A DNA stretch of 42,450 nt, taken from positions 1-42,450 of the forward strand of contig BFAS01000272.1 of the NCBI GenBank assembly GCA_008974985.1. Direction: 5' to 3'. A program made the translations under genes and the position numbers. Below, in pieces: positions 15,126-25,221 of this stretch. Source of the DNA: a bacterium MnTg02. GTDB lineage: Bacteria > Pseudomonadota > Alphaproteobacteria > Rhizobiales > BFAS01. The first letter of the stretch is position 1. Each line of letters opens with the position of its first letter. The notes below the pieces were generated by a model. It saw only the letters and a program-made list of their open reading frames with translations. It had not been told where the DNA came from and did not search any database.

Positions 15126-18100
15126 ATGGCGCTTGCCAAGGTCCATATCGACGACAAATATGATCTCGATCGAGACCGTATATATGTCACTGGTGCCCAA
15201 GCCGTGGTCCGCATGTGCATGATGAAGCGCGAGCTTGATTGCCGGAACGGGCTGAACACGGCTGGATTTATTAGTGGCTATCGTGGTTCGCCGATCGGCA
15301 GCTTGGACCTTGAACTTTTCCGCATTAAGAACAAGCTCGACGCGCACAATCTTGTCTTTCAGCCGGGTCTCAACGAAGACTTGGCAGCGACCGCGATATG
15401 GGGGACGCAGCAGGCGGAATTGCGCGGCGAGGGGCTCTATGACGGCGTCTTTGGTCTTTGGTACGGCAAAGGGCCAGGCGTCGACCGCAGTGGTGACGTG
15501 TTTCGCCATGCCAATCACGCAGGAACGTCCAAACATGGTGGCGTTGTCGCTCTGATGGGCGATGACCATACGTGCGAATCGTCAACGTCGGCCCACCAAT
15601 CCGAGTTCGCTTTCGTCGACGCCATGATTCCGGTGCTCAACCCTGCGGGCGTTCAAGAAATCGTCGATTACGGCCTGTTCGGCTGGGCGTTGTCGCGTTT
15701 TGCCGGCGTGTGGACCGGCCTCAAATGCGTCAAGGATAATATTGAACAAACCGCATCCATAGACGGCCGTCTTGACCGGTTCGATTTTACCATTCCAAGC
15801 GATTTTGAAATGCCCGAAGGCGGTCTGAATATCCGGCTCGGTGATCAGCCCCTTGCGAAGGAAGCCCGGCTGCACGATTACAAGCGCCTTGCAATTCTCT
15901 CCTTTGCCCGTGCCAACAGCATCGACAAGATGATCTATCGGGGAGGCCCCTCGCCAAAAATAGGCGTGGTCACGGCGGGCAAGAGCTATCTCGATACCGC
16001 CGAAGCCTTTGATCTTCTTGGCATTGATGAGGTGAAAGCGGCAAATCTTGGCATCAGACTATATAAAATAGGGCTCGCTTGGCCGCTCGAATCCGAGGGA
16101 ATTACCAAATTTGCCGACGGTCTCGATCTGATTATCGTTATCGAAGAAAAGCGGTCACTGATCGAAACCCAGATTAAGGAACAGCTCTATGGTACGCGCG
16201 GGGCGCCCATGGTCATCGGCAAACGCGATGAATCCGGCAATTGGCTGTTCCCGGCGAAGGGAGCGCTCGACCCGATCCTCATTGCCCGGATCTTGGCCGA
16301 GCGGATTGCTGCACACGCTCGCGATGATGATGTTGCCAGCAAATTGACGGATCTTCAGGCCGCCGCGGCGCGGAGCAGCGAAGCGCAGAGTCTGATCGAG
16401 CGAATTCCTTATTTCTGTGCCGGATGCCCGCACAACTCCTCCACGGTCGTGCCCGAGGGGTCGCGCGCCTATGCCGGCATTGGCTGCCATTACATGGTGC
16501 AGTGGATGGATCGCGAAACGGAAGGGTTCACCCACATGGGTGGCGAAGGCGCCAATTGGACTGGCGAAGCCTGGTTCTCGAAGCGTCCGCATGTCTTTCA
16601 AAATATTGGTGATGGGACCTATGCGCACTCGGGCAGTCTCTCGATCCGGGCCGCTGTCGCCTCCGGCGTCAATATGACGTTCAAAATTCTCTATAATGAT
16701 GCGGTCGCGATGACCGGCGGGCAGCAAGTTGAAGGCAATGTTTCGGTTCCCCAACTTGCGCGCCAGGTCGTGGCTGAGGGGGTTAGCTCGGTCCGTATCG
16801 TAACCGATGAACCCGATAAATACCCCTACGCCGCCGGCTTTCCATCGGGCACGACGGTCCATCATCGAGATGACATCCAAGCGGTTCAGATGGAGTTGCG
16901 CGATGTTCCTGGCGTTTCGGTTTTAATTTACGATCAAACCTGCGCCGCGGAAAAACGCCGCCGCCGGAAACGCGGTCTCTATCCAGATCCCCCTAAGCGC
17001 GCATTCATCAATGAGCTGGTTTGCGAAGGGTGCGGTGATTGCGGGGTGCAATCCAATTGTGTCGCCATTCTTCCTGTGGAGACAGAGTTCGGACGCAAAC
17101 GCACGATCGACCAGTCCGCTTGTAACAAGGACTTCTCCTGTTTGAAGGGATTTTGTCCGAGCTTCGTTACCGTTCACGGCGGTGAACGCATAAAGGGTAT
17201 CGAGCAGAAAGAATTAGCTGAAGATCCGCTAAACATTCCCGTCTTGCCGGAACCTGATCTGCCTCCGCTCGATAAGCCTTATTCCGTTGTGGTCACGGGC
17301 GTTGGTGGAACCGGCGTTGTGACCCTCGGTGCAATCATCGGCATGGCGGGTCATCTGGAAGGCAAGGGCGTCGGCATCATCGATATGTCGGGGCTTGCAC
17401 AAAAGGGCGGGGCGGTGAGCGTTCATATTCGTGTTAGCGCTCATCCGCAAGATATCAAAGCAATTCGAGCGTCCGCCGCAGGCGCAGATCTCGTGGTTGG
17501 CGGCGATATGGTGGTTGCCGCGTCCGACAAATTGTTGCCGGTTATTCGCGCTGGGAAAACCTCTCTGGTGATCAACAGTCACGAGATCATGACTGCGGAT
17601 TTCACCCACCGGCCTGATCATGTGATGCCGATGAGCGAGATGCGGAGCGTGTTGACGGGCCAGGCAGGAGAGCAGAACAGCCACTTTATCGATGCCCATT
17701 ACTACGCAAAAGCGTTGTTCGGGGATCCGGTTTCCGCGAATTTGTTCCTGTTAGGTTATGCCTATCAACGCGGAACGTTGCCGGTCTCATCGGAAGCGTT
17801 CCTTGAGGCTATTCGTCTGAACGGCATTGCGGTGGAAAAAAATATCCAAGCGTTCCGGGCAGGCCGTCTGGCGTCCTTCGATAGATCCGCACTTGAAAAG
17901 TTGATTATATCTACTGGCCGTCAACCTCAGGAGACGCGTCAGCCGGAAACCATTGACGGGTTGGTGGCGCGGCGAACGGAATATTTGACGGCGTATCAAG
18001 ATGCCACCTATGGCGAACGCTATCGCGATCGGGTTGACGAGATTCGCGCTCTAGAAGCGGATCGCATGCCAGAACATCGCGAGCTATCGGACGCTGTTGC

Positions 18101-18611
18101 GCGGTCCTACTTTAAACTTCTGAGCTATAAGGATGAGTATGAAGTCGCGCGGCTCTATACGAACGGTGCGTTCGAACGCCAGCTCGCCCAAGAATTCAAG
18201 GGCAAGTACAAATTGCGGTTTCATCTGGCCCCCCCGATCTTGGCGCGCAAAGACCGTGTGACCGGTATCCCGAAGAAGATAAGCTTTGGGCCTTGGATGA
18301 TGGGGGTCTTCAAGCTGCTCGCCTTGTGCAAGGGCTTGCGGGGCACGGCCTTTGATCCGTTTGGGTATGGAGCCGAGCGGAAATTCGAGCGCCAGCTCAT
18401 CACGCGTTATGAGGCTCAGCTCGATCAGATTGCCCGCCATCTCAAACCTGAAACCTATGCCGCCGCCGTGGAGCTGGCGTCACTACCGCTTTCGATCCGC
18501 GGATTTGGCCACGTGAAACGTCGCAATGCAGAGCTGGCGGCAGATCGGGAGCAGGACTTATTGAATTTTCTCAAGACCGGCAAGTCCGAACGGCGTCTCG
18601 CGGCGGAGTAA
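15126..18611 (+). CDS. Indolepyruvate/2-oxoacid:ferredoxin oxidoreductase family protein (fused IorA-IorB type)
   Basis: TPP motif IGDGTYAHSG; ferredoxin-like cysteines CAGCPHNSS and CEGCGDCGVQSNC...CNKDFSCLKGFCPS. GGAGG at 15111-15115 precedes the ATG at 15126. Length is ~1161 aa. Confidence 0.9.
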   Translation: MALAKVHIDDKYDLDRDRIYVTGAQAVVRMCMMKRELDCRNGLNTAGFISGYRGSPIGSLDLELFRIKNKLDAHNLVFQPGLNEDLAATAIWGTQQAELRGEGLYDGVFGLWYGKGPGVDRSGDVFRHANHAGTSKHGGVVALMGDDHTCESSTSAHQSEFAFVDAMIPVLNPAGVQEIVDYGLFGWALSRFAGVWTGLKCVKDNIEQTASIDGRLDRFDFTIPSDFEMPEGGLNIRLGDQPLAKEARLHDYKRLAILSFARANSIDKMIYRGGPSPKIGVVTAGKSYLDTAEAFDLLGIDEVKAANLGIRLYKIGLAWPLESEGITKFADGLDLIIVIEEKRSLIETQIKEQLYGTRGAPMVIGKRDESGNWLFPAKGALDPILIARILAERIAAHARDDDVASKLTDLQAAAARSSEAQSLIERIPYFCAGCPHNSSTVVPEGSRAYAGIGCHYMVQWMDRETEGFTHMGGEGANWTGEAWFSKRPHVFQNIGDGTYAHSGSLSIRAAVASGVNMTFKILYNDAVAMTGGQQVEGNVSVPQLARQVVAEGVSSVRIVTDEPDKYPYAAGFPSGTTVHHRDDIQAVQMELRDVPGVSVLIYDQTCAAEKRRRRKRGLYPDPPKRAFINELVCEGCGDCGVQSNCVAILPVETEFGRKRTIDQSACNKDFSCLKGFCPSFVTVHGGERIKGIEQKELAEDPLNIPVLPEPDLPPLDKPYSVVVTGVGGTGVVTLGAIIGMAGHLEGKGVGIIDMSGLAQKGGAVSVHIRVSAHPQDIKAIRASAAGADLVVGGDMVVAASDKLLPVIRAGKTSLVINSHEIMTADFTHRPDHVMPMSEMRSVLTGQAGEQNSHFIDAHYYAKALFGDPVSANLFLLGYAYQRGTLPVSSEAFLEAIRLNGIAVEKNIQAFRAGRLASFDRSALEKLIISTGRQPQETRQPETIDGLVARRTEYLTAYQDATYGERYRDRVDEIRALEADRMPEHRELSDAVARSYFKLLSYKDEYEVARLYTNGAFERQLAQEFKGKYKLRFHLAPPILARKDRVTGIPKKISFGPWMMGVFKLLALCKGLRGTAFDPFGYGAERKFERQLITRYEAQLDQIARHLKPETYAAAVELASLPLSIRGFGHVKRRNAELAADREQDLLNFLKTGKSERRLAAE

Positions 18612-18633
18612 CACCAAAGGAAATTATTATTGA

Positions 18634-18739
18634 CCCTTGATTTTCTTTGGCAAGCGCGACTGCGTGGTCCGCGCCTTATGGCGGTCAAGCCTGCGTGGCG
18701 CATGAACGTCCATCGGTCATTCCCAATGACTGATGGTAT
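18634..18739 (+). repeat. Solo 5'-degenerate copy of the 135-bp element (first hairpin mostly deleted)
   Basis: CCCTTGATTTTCTTTGGCAAGCGCGACTGCGTGGTCCGCGCCTTATGGCGGTCAAGCCTGCGTGGCGCATGAACGTCCATCGGTCATTCCCAATGACTGATGGTAT. It starts ~20 nt after the oxidoreductase stop. Confidence 0.85.
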
Positions 18740-19006
18740 AAGGTCTTGGCTTTGTGTTTTCGGTGTTGACAGTGGTGCGTGCAGACCCGATCTGATACAC
18801 ATTCCGTGAGACTGGACGGAATATTTTCAGCGCTGTTAGATAAGCAAACGGTTTCGCGCCATCCTATGGCGGCCGATAAGTGTCGGCGGCTTAACTCCTA
18901 TAAATCTGCTTTGTGTGGCGCGTCAAACCAAAGAGGGGGAACGCCGGGCGGTTTCTACAGCCCTTTAGCAACAGCATTTGTAGCGGAAGTATTTATGGAG
19001 GACACG

Positions 19007-19669
19007 ATGGCTCTTCAAATTGGAGACAGTGCACCGGATTTTGAAGCACAGACAACTCAAGGCACAATCAAATTTCACGATTGGGCCGGTGACTCTTGGG
19101 TAATTCTTTTCTCGCATCCGAAGGATTTTACGCCGGTTTGCACAACGGAGCTCGGCTATATGGCCAAGCTGAAGCCGGAGTTCGATAAGCGGAACTGTAA
19201 GGTTATCGGCCTAAGCGTGGATCCAGTCGCTGACCATGTGCAATGGTCTAAGGATATTGAGGAGACCCAGGGTTTCGCCCCGAATTATCCGATGATTGGC
19301 GATGGCGATCTGGCGGTTGCGAAACTCTATGGCATGCTGCCCGCCGGAGCCGGAGAAAGTTCCGAAGGGCGGACCGCCGTGGACAATCAAACGGTGCGCA
19401 ACGTCTTTGTGATCGCGCCGGATAAGTCGATCAAGCTCATCATTAGCTATCCAATGAGCACCGGCCGGAATTTCGACGAAGTGCTGCGTGTGGTTGACTC
19501 CCTGCAGTTAACAGCGAAGCACAAGGTGGCGACGCCGGTGAATTGGAAGCAAGGCGAAAACGTCATTATCGTCCCCGCGGTTTCGGATGAAGAGGCGAAG
19601 GAAAAATACCCCGATGGTTGGGAAGCTCCCAAGCCCTATCTTCGGATCGTTCCGCAGCCGACCGATTGA
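19007..19669 (+). CDS. 1-Cys peroxiredoxin (Prx6-like)
   Basis: MALQIGDSAPDFEAQTTQGTIKFHDW...SHPKDFTPVCTTELG. GGAGG at 18996-19000 precedes the ATG at 19007. The long N-terminal extension in track ORF 18779 has no support. Confidence 0.9.
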   Translation: MALQIGDSAPDFEAQTTQGTIKFHDWAGDSWVILFSHPKDFTPVCTTELGYMAKLKPEFDKRNCKVIGLSVDPVADHVQWSKDIEETQGFAPNYPMIGDGDLAVAKLYGMLPAGAGESSEGRTAVDNQTVRNVFVIAPDKSIKLIISYPMSTGRNFDEVLRVVDSLQLTAKHKVATPVNWKQGENVIIVPAVSDEEAKEKYPDGWEAPKPYLRIVPQPTD

Positions 19670-19700
19670 TCGCGCATTTCGATCGCAAGTGAAGTTGATC

Positions 19701-19733
19701 CGGGGCGCCATCATTGGTGCCCCGAGTTTTTTG
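19701..19733 (+). terminator. Rho-independent terminator downstream of the peroxiredoxin gene
   Basis: CGGGGCGCC (19701-19709) pairs with GGTGCCCCG (19716-19724) with one G-U pair, followed by AGTTTTTTG. Confidence 0.75.
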
Positions 19734-20185
19734 TGTCGCCGTCGTTCAGCTTCAGCCTGAAATCACCATCATAATTTGGATTGCGTGCATTTTAGGCGGG
19801 GGCTTAAAGGCGATGCCTTCGGTGGCGGACAACAAACACATTCTATTTTCCCCGGCTTCTTCGAAGTCGGATTTCCAAGATTGCGCACAATTGCAAAGCA
19901 GATCTTTCGCGCCCACCGCCAAAACAGAAAAATAATCTATAAATATCCAAAATTTAAAAATTGACCTCGTATATATGCGTAATCTGTTGAATTTTGTAGA
20001 AAAGTTTTCTATTTTAGAGAGGCCGAAACGAGGCTGATTTAGAATTCGTGGGACGCGTGCAGGTTGCGATTGACGAAGGTCCCCAAAGTTTGGCGATACG
20101 GCTCGAAACGTGCTCGCCCCTTTTGGAAGAGTATTGAGGATGAGCTTTAGAGATTGGCTCGGTTCCAGGTAAGGGCATTCGGCAG

Positions 20186-21658
20186 ATGAGATATTTTCCG
20201 ATCTATGTGGATCTGAAGGATGCGCGCGTGCTCGTCGTTGGTGGCGGAGAGCAGGCAGCGCAAAAGATTCGCCTTTTGTTAAAGACCGACGCGCAGATCA
20301 ATGTCGTGACCGCCGGCGTCGGTGAAGAGATCGATGCGGAGCTCTTGGAACTTGAAGGCACGGGTCAGATTTTGATCTCCCGCCGGGATTTTCGTTCTAC
20401 CGATTTGGATGGGGTCCAGCTTGTTTATGTCACGACCGGCGATGACGTCTTGGACGATCAGGTCTCAAAGGAAGCCAAGGCTAGAGCCGTGCCGGTCAAT
20501 GTTGTCGATAAGCCGGCGCTTTGCACCTTCATTACGCCGGCCATTGTCGATCGCGATCCGGTAATAGTGGCCATCGGCACGGAAGGTGCAGCGCCTGTTT
20601 TGGCGCGTGAGATCAAAGCGAAACTGGAAGCGTGGCTGCCTGCCAATTATGGAACCTTGGCGCGTTCTGCGGCGAAGCTCCGGGATGAGGTTCGCCGGCG
20701 TATCGGTGACGGCCGGACAAGGCGGAGCATTTGGGAACGGCTTTTCAGCGGACCGTTTCGCAAAGCGATCCTTTCTGGAGACGATGCCGCGGCCAAGCAG
20801 CACTTCGAACAGCTGCTCGTGGACAATCAGGAGAAGGCCGGCGGCATTGGCAGCGTTGCATTGATTGGTTGTGGCCCGGGCGATCCGGATCTTTTGACGC
20901 TGAAGGCACAGCAAAGGCTGCAAACAGCCGATGTTCTGGTGATCGATCGCTTGGTCAATCCGGCCATATTGGACTATGCGCGCCGTGATGCGACCCGGAT
21001 TTATGTTGGCAAGACGCCAGGCAAACCGTCAACCGGACAGCTCGAAATAAATCGGATTTTGGTGAGAGAAGCGCTGAAGGGTAAGCAGGTCGCGCGGTTG
21101 AAGGGGGGAGATCCCTTTGTCTTCGGACGCGCCGGCGAGGAACTGACGGCATTGCAGGCTTTGGATGTGCCTGTCGAAATCGTTCCCGGAATTACAGCCG
21201 CTCACGCTTGCGCCGCCGCGATCAACTTGCCGCTCACAATGCGCGAGCGCAACCGGCTCTTTTCAATTTTAACGGGCGCCACCGCTGATGGCATTGCCGA
21301 GCATGATTGGCAGACGCTCGCGCGGGCGAATGAAGGTTTTGCGATCTATATGGGTGTGCGCGCCGCGGGCGGTATTCGCGGGAAGCTGATCGAAGCCGGT
21401 ATTGATCTCGAGACTCCGGTGGTCATCGTTGAGAACGGAACATTGCCGGAGGAGCGGTCTGTCGAGACAAATATTGGCAATCTTGATCGCTGCATAGCTG
21501 ACTGCGGTATTCGCGGACCGGCGATCATCTTTGTTGGTTTGAATTGGGCCAGATTGGGCCTCTCGCGTCCCGGCAAGGTCGAGGTCTTCGACGGCGACGG
21601 CGGCGGTCATGTCGTGCCCCTGGATGCGCACAGGCTTGCGTCGAAGAGTGCGGGTTAG
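20186..21658 (+). CDS. cysG: Siroheme synthase (precorrin-2 dehydrogenase/ferrochelatase plus uroporphyrinogen-III C-methyltransferase)
   Basis: N-terminal Rossmann motif VVGGGEQAAQKIRLLL. The methyltransferase domain starts VALIGCGPGDPDLLTLKA. Length is 490 aa. Confidence 0.9.
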   Translation: MRYFPIYVDLKDARVLVVGGGEQAAQKIRLLLKTDAQINVVTAGVGEEIDAELLELEGTGQILISRRDFRSTDLDGVQLVYVTTGDDVLDDQVSKEAKARAVPVNVVDKPALCTFITPAIVDRDPVIVAIGTEGAAPVLAREIKAKLEAWLPANYGTLARSAAKLRDEVRRRIGDGRTRRSIWERLFSGPFRKAILSGDDAAAKQHFEQLLVDNQEKAGGIGSVALIGCGPGDPDLLTLKAQQRLQTADVLVIDRLVNPAILDYARRDATRIYVGKTPGKPSTGQLEINRILVREALKGKQVARLKGGDPFVFGRAGEELTALQALDVPVEIVPGITAAHACAAAINLPLTMRERNRLFSILTGATADGIAEHDWQTLARANEGFAIYMGVRAAGGIRGKLIEAGIDLETPVVIVENGTLPEERSVETNIGNLDRCIADCGIRGPAIIFVGLNWARLGLSRPGKVEVFDGDGGGHVVPLDAHRLASKSAG

Positions 21659-21688
21659 GGATTAGTTAGGTCATTGAGGTTAAGTGCT

Positions 21689-22009
21689 ATGGCGAAAAAA
21701 TCAGAGGCAGCCAAGGTCGTGACTGCGAACCGTCTAGGAGATGGGCTGGTCGTATTCTTAGGCCAAGAGGGCGTCTGGGTTGAGGATATCGGTAAGGCGG
21801 AAATCGCCCATGCCAATGGCGATGCCGATGCGCTCTTGCAACAAGGTCTCAATGCGGAAAAGGCGAACCATGTCGTCGAGCCTTATTTGATCGATGTTGG
21901 TGACGATGAGGCTGCGGTAACGCCTCTCCACATTCGCGAGCGCATTCGGACCTTGGGGCCGAGTGTGCGCCTGGATTTGGGCAAACAGGCCGGTGAGCAT
22001 TTGTTTTGA
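21689..22009 (+). CDS. DUF2849-domain protein
   Basis: KVVTANRLGDGLVVFLG... together with the position between cysG and cysI, which is typical for alphaproteobacterial sulfite-reduction clusters. GAGGT lies 8 nt before the ATG at 21689. Confidence 0.7.
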   Translation: MAKKSEAAKVVTANRLGDGLVVFLGQEGVWVEDIGKAEIAHANGDADALLQQGLNAEKANHVVEPYLIDVGDDEAAVTPLHIRERIRTLGPSVRLDLGKQAGEHLF

Positions 22010-22030
22010 TCGGGCATGATGAGATAGGGC

Positions 22031-23692
22031 GTGACAATGTACCGTTACGACGAATTCGACATTAATTTTGTTAATGCACGCGTTGATCAGTTTCGCGATC
22101 AGATATCGCGGCGCCTCAATGGCGACTTAACAGAAGAACAGTTCAAGCCGCTCCGGCTGATGAATGGGCTCTATCTTCAGCTCCATGCCTACATGCTGCG
22201 TGTTGCTATTCCTTATGGCACGCTTTCCTCGCGGCAGATGCGCCAGCTCGCCTTTATCGCCGAGCGCTTTGATAAAGATTATGGCCATTTCACAACCCGG
22301 CAGAACATTCAATTCAATTGGCCGAAACTTGAGGACATGGCCGATATTCTCACCCATTTGGCCGATGTAGAGATGCACGCCATTCAAACCAGCGGCAATT
22401 GCATTCGCAATGTCACCGCCGACCATTGGGCCGGCGTCGCGGCAGATGAAGTTGAAGATCCGCGCCCCTATGCAGAGCTTTTGCGTCAATGGTCGAGCGT
22501 CCATCCCGAGTTCACGTTTCTGCCGCGTAAGTTCAAAATCGCGGTGACCGGCGCCCCCAACGATCGGGCAGCCGTGGCCTTTCACGATATCGGTTTGAAG
22601 GTCAAGGAAAACGAGGATGGCGAAGCCGGTTTCGAGGTTCTGGCCGGTGGCGGCATGGGGCGCACCCCTGTCGTGGGGGTCACGATCCGCGATTGGCTGA
22701 GGAAGAAAGATTTGCTGGCCTATGTTGAGGCGATCATGCGCGTCTACAATCTGCATGGCCGGCGCGACAACAAATATAAGGCGCGCATCAAGATTCTTGT
22801 CATGGATCTGGGAGCAGACGAGTTCCGCCGGCAAGTTGACGAAGAGTTTGCAAAGATCGATGCGCCGGAAGTCCTTCTCCCTGAAGAGGAAATTCAGCGC
22901 ATCTCCGCCTATTTCGCACCTCCGGACTGCGAGAAACTCGATGACAATGATTCCACACTCGATGGCCATCTAAAGGAAAATACCGCGTTTCGCCTCTGGC
23001 ATGACACCAATATCGCGACGCACAAGATACCGGGTTACGCAATCGTCAATATTTCCTTGAAGCCCATCGGCGGTATTCCCGGCGATGCCAATTCGGCGCA
23101 GATGCGTATTGTCGCCGAATTGGCGGAACGTTACAACCATGACGAAATCCGCGTCAATTATGAGCAAAATCTGGTTCTGCCCTATGTTCGCAAGTCGGAC
23201 CTGTTCCAAGTTTGGCAGGAACTTGTCGATGCGGAACTGGCGACGGATAATCTCGGGCTTGTCACCGATATCATTTGTTGCCCGGGTCTTGATTATTGCG
23301 CGCTCGCAACGGCGCGATCCATCCCGATTGCGCAGGAGATTAGCAATCATTTCAGCGATGCCGGAAAACAAAGAGAGATCGGCGATCTGAAGATCAAAAT
23401 TTCCGGATGCATTAACGCCTGCGGGCATCATCACGCGGGCCATATCGGAATTCTCGGCCTCGAAAAACGCGGGCAGGAGTACTATCAAATCACGCTCGGC
23501 GGAAGCGGCGATGAAAACGCCGCGATCGGCGCCATTGTTGGACCGGGATTCTCCTACGCGGAGGTCGTTCCGGCGGTCGATAAAATAGTTGATACCTATA
23601 TGGACTTGCGCGAGGAAGGCGAGACGTTCCTTGAAGCCTATCGCCGCGTTGGTGCTGCGCCCTTTAAGGAGGCTCTCTATGCCGCTCATTAA
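22031..23692 (+). CDS. cysI: Sulfite reductase hemoprotein (nitrite/sulfite reductase family, siroheme-[4Fe-4S])
   Basis: Cluster cysteines ICCPGLDYCALA and SGCINACGHHH. Length is 553 aa. Confidence 0.9.
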   Translation: MTMYRYDEFDINFVNARVDQFRDQISRRLNGDLTEEQFKPLRLMNGLYLQLHAYMLRVAIPYGTLSSRQMRQLAFIAERFDKDYGHFTTRQNIQFNWPKLEDMADILTHLADVEMHAIQTSGNCIRNVTADHWAGVAADEVEDPRPYAELLRQWSSVHPEFTFLPRKFKIAVTGAPNDRAAVAFHDIGLKVKENEDGEAGFEVLAGGGMGRTPVVGVTIRDWLRKKDLLAYVEAIMRVYNLHGRRDNKYKARIKILVMDLGADEFRRQVDEEFAKIDAPEVLLPEEEIQRISAYFAPPDCEKLDDNDSTLDGHLKENTAFRLWHDTNIATHKIPGYAIVNISLKPIGGIPGDANSAQMRIVAELAERYNHDEIRVNYEQNLVLPYVRKSDLFQVWQELVDAELATDNLGLVTDIICCPGLDYCALATARSIPIAQEISNHFSDAGKQREIGDLKIKISGCINACGHHHAGHIGILGLEKRGQEYYQITLGGSGDENAAIGAIVGPGFSYAEVVPAVDKIVDTYMDLREEGETFLEAYRRVGAAPFKEALYAAH

Positions 23693-24218
23693 AGATAATA
23701 GTTTTACTAAGGATCATTGGACGGCGTTGCCGGACGGCTTGCCATTAGCGGGTGCGGTCGATGCAATTATTTCGTTCAAGCGGCTTGAGCAGGACTGGGA
23801 CGAAATCTCGCTCCACAATGGCCGTGTTGGCGTTCTGCTGGACAATTCATCTGATGCCGAGGCGCTTCAGCCCTATTTGGATCGGTTGGACCTGGTGGTT
23901 CTCGAATTTCCGGTTTTTAATGATGGCCGGGCTTATTCACAGGCCCGTATCGTCCGCAGTCAGCTCGGCTTTTCAGGTGAGATCAGAGCAACCGGGGACG
24001 TTCTGCCCGATCAAGCCGGATTAATGATGCGTTGCGGCTTCGACAGTTTCGAGGTTTCGGGCGGGCAATCCCTGGAGGTCTGGCAACGGGCCGCCAACTC
24101 GCTTACTTTGTCGTATCAGCGGAATTATCCAAAGGTTGGCGAAAAGCCGCGCCACGACAGGTCGGAACGCGCTGCCGCGATCTTGACCGATACGGATAGG
24201 GCAGGTGCTGCATTGTGA
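23679..24218 (+). CDS. DUF934-domain protein (sulfite-reduction associated)
   Basis: MPLIKDNSF...VVLEFPVFNDGRAYSQARIVR. AAGGAGG at 23666-23672 precedes the start, which overlaps the cysI 3' end by 14 nt. Confidence 0.75.
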   Translation: MPLIKDNSFTKDHWTALPDGLPLAGAVDAIISFKRLEQDWDEISLHNGRVGVLLDNSSDAEALQPYLDRLDLVVLEFPVFNDGRAYSQARIVRSQLGFSGEIRATGDVLPDQAGLMMRCGFDSFEVSGGQSLEVWQRAANSLTLSYQRNYPKVGEKPRHDRSERAAAILTDTDRAGAAL

Positions 24219-24570
24219 ACGGCCGCCAAACTGATTCGCCTGACATAGACTGATTCTACGTTAGAGATAGACATTGTGTGGAGCGCTGTCGCCCGCGCAA
24301 AACTTCCATGTTCCAGCGTGCTTATGGGCGTTGACCGCAAGCAGTTGGCTTGGTGGCATGCGGGTGATTGCGGAAAAACGCCTTAGTATCTGAAGATTGC
24401 CGCCATCCGTTACAAGATTTGTTCTGCAGTAAACCGCCAAACAGCATGCGGTTGATCACAGCTTTTCCAATGGGCTAAAAAGTTCTATTGACTAAAGTCA
24501 GTATTCGCACGATCCCTCTTCTGTGCATACGAGATCAAAATTGTTTGATTTTGTGAATAAGGGGGGAGAA

Positions 24571-25005
24571 ATGGTCGGAAAATCAGTATTCAATTGTGTT
24601 GCTGCGGCAATTCTCTTATGGGGATGTACGTCTTCTCCACAACAGCAAGCGGAGTTTGTACATATTGTACAGCCAGGAGACACCACGAAAACCTGTCCTG
24701 AACTCGCTCAAGAAATTAATACAATCGATTTAAAAATTGGCGGACAGCATAAATCCGTTAAGGGCCAAGAGACGGCGAATGCCGTTAGCGAGGTCATGAG
24801 AAGCCAAGTTCCGGCCTCAGCGTACGCCACGACCGGCAGTGTGTTTGGTTCGCTACTCGGAAGCGTTGGAGTTGCTGCGAGCACGTTAGGTCAACATCAA
24901 TTGCACAATGATCGAGAATCGCTGAAGCGCCTCACGCAAAGACGCGATCTTCTTGTCGGGCACTATAATAATCGGTGTATTGGTTCTCCCAGTAAGCACA
25001 AATAA
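24571..25005 (+). CDS. Hypothetical lipoprotein
   Basis: Signal peptide and lipobox MVGKSVFNCVAAAILLWGC. AAGGGGGGAG lies just upstream of the ATG at 24571. The local composition is AT-rich. Confidence 0.5.
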   Translation: MVGKSVFNCVAAAILLWGCTSSPQQQAEFVHIVQPGDTTKTCPELAQEINTIDLKIGGQHKSVKGQETANAVSEVMRSQVPASAYATTGSVFGSLLGSVGVAASTLGQHQLHNDRESLKRLTQRRDLLVGHYNNRCIGSPSKHK

Positions 25006-25069
25006 TGCGCTCTCGTCGCCAGAGTCAGCCCAATCGTTTGCTATTTGGACTATGACGAGAAGGGCCGCG

Positions 25070-25153
25070 GAGCGCGGGTTTTCGCCCGGAAAATGCTCCA
25101 AAACAAAAAGATTGAGCCCATTCGAAGAACCGGGGGTTTATCGAATGGGCTCT
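25070..25153 (+). repeat. Copy A of a second (~85-bp) hairpin repeat family
   Basis: GAGCGCGGGTTTTCGCCCGGAAAATGCTCCAAAACAAAAAGATTGAGCCCATTCGA-N16-TCGAATGGGCTC, with a 12-bp perfect stem GAGCCCATTCGA/TCGAATGGGCTC. It aligns with 27886-27967. Confidence 0.8.
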
Positions 25154-25221
25154 AGATGTTGAGCCACGCGGAAGTGCTGCTCGATTGAACCCAAATAGAT
25201 GGAAAATTTTCTAAAGGGCCT

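Noticed and set aside
18779-19006. 76-codon N-terminal extension of the peroxiredoxin ORF
   Set aside because: The conserved Prx N-terminus (MALQIGDSAPDF) starts at 19007 with GGAGG just upstream. The extension has no Prx-like sequence.
22127-23689. Long minus-strand ORFs (22127..22969 and 22970..23689) antisense to cysI, with similar cases at 16155..16880, 12451..13071, 7622..8146 and 8758..9420
   Set aside because: These are shadow ORFs opposite well-supported genes with clear family motifs, and they have no recognisable domains of their own.
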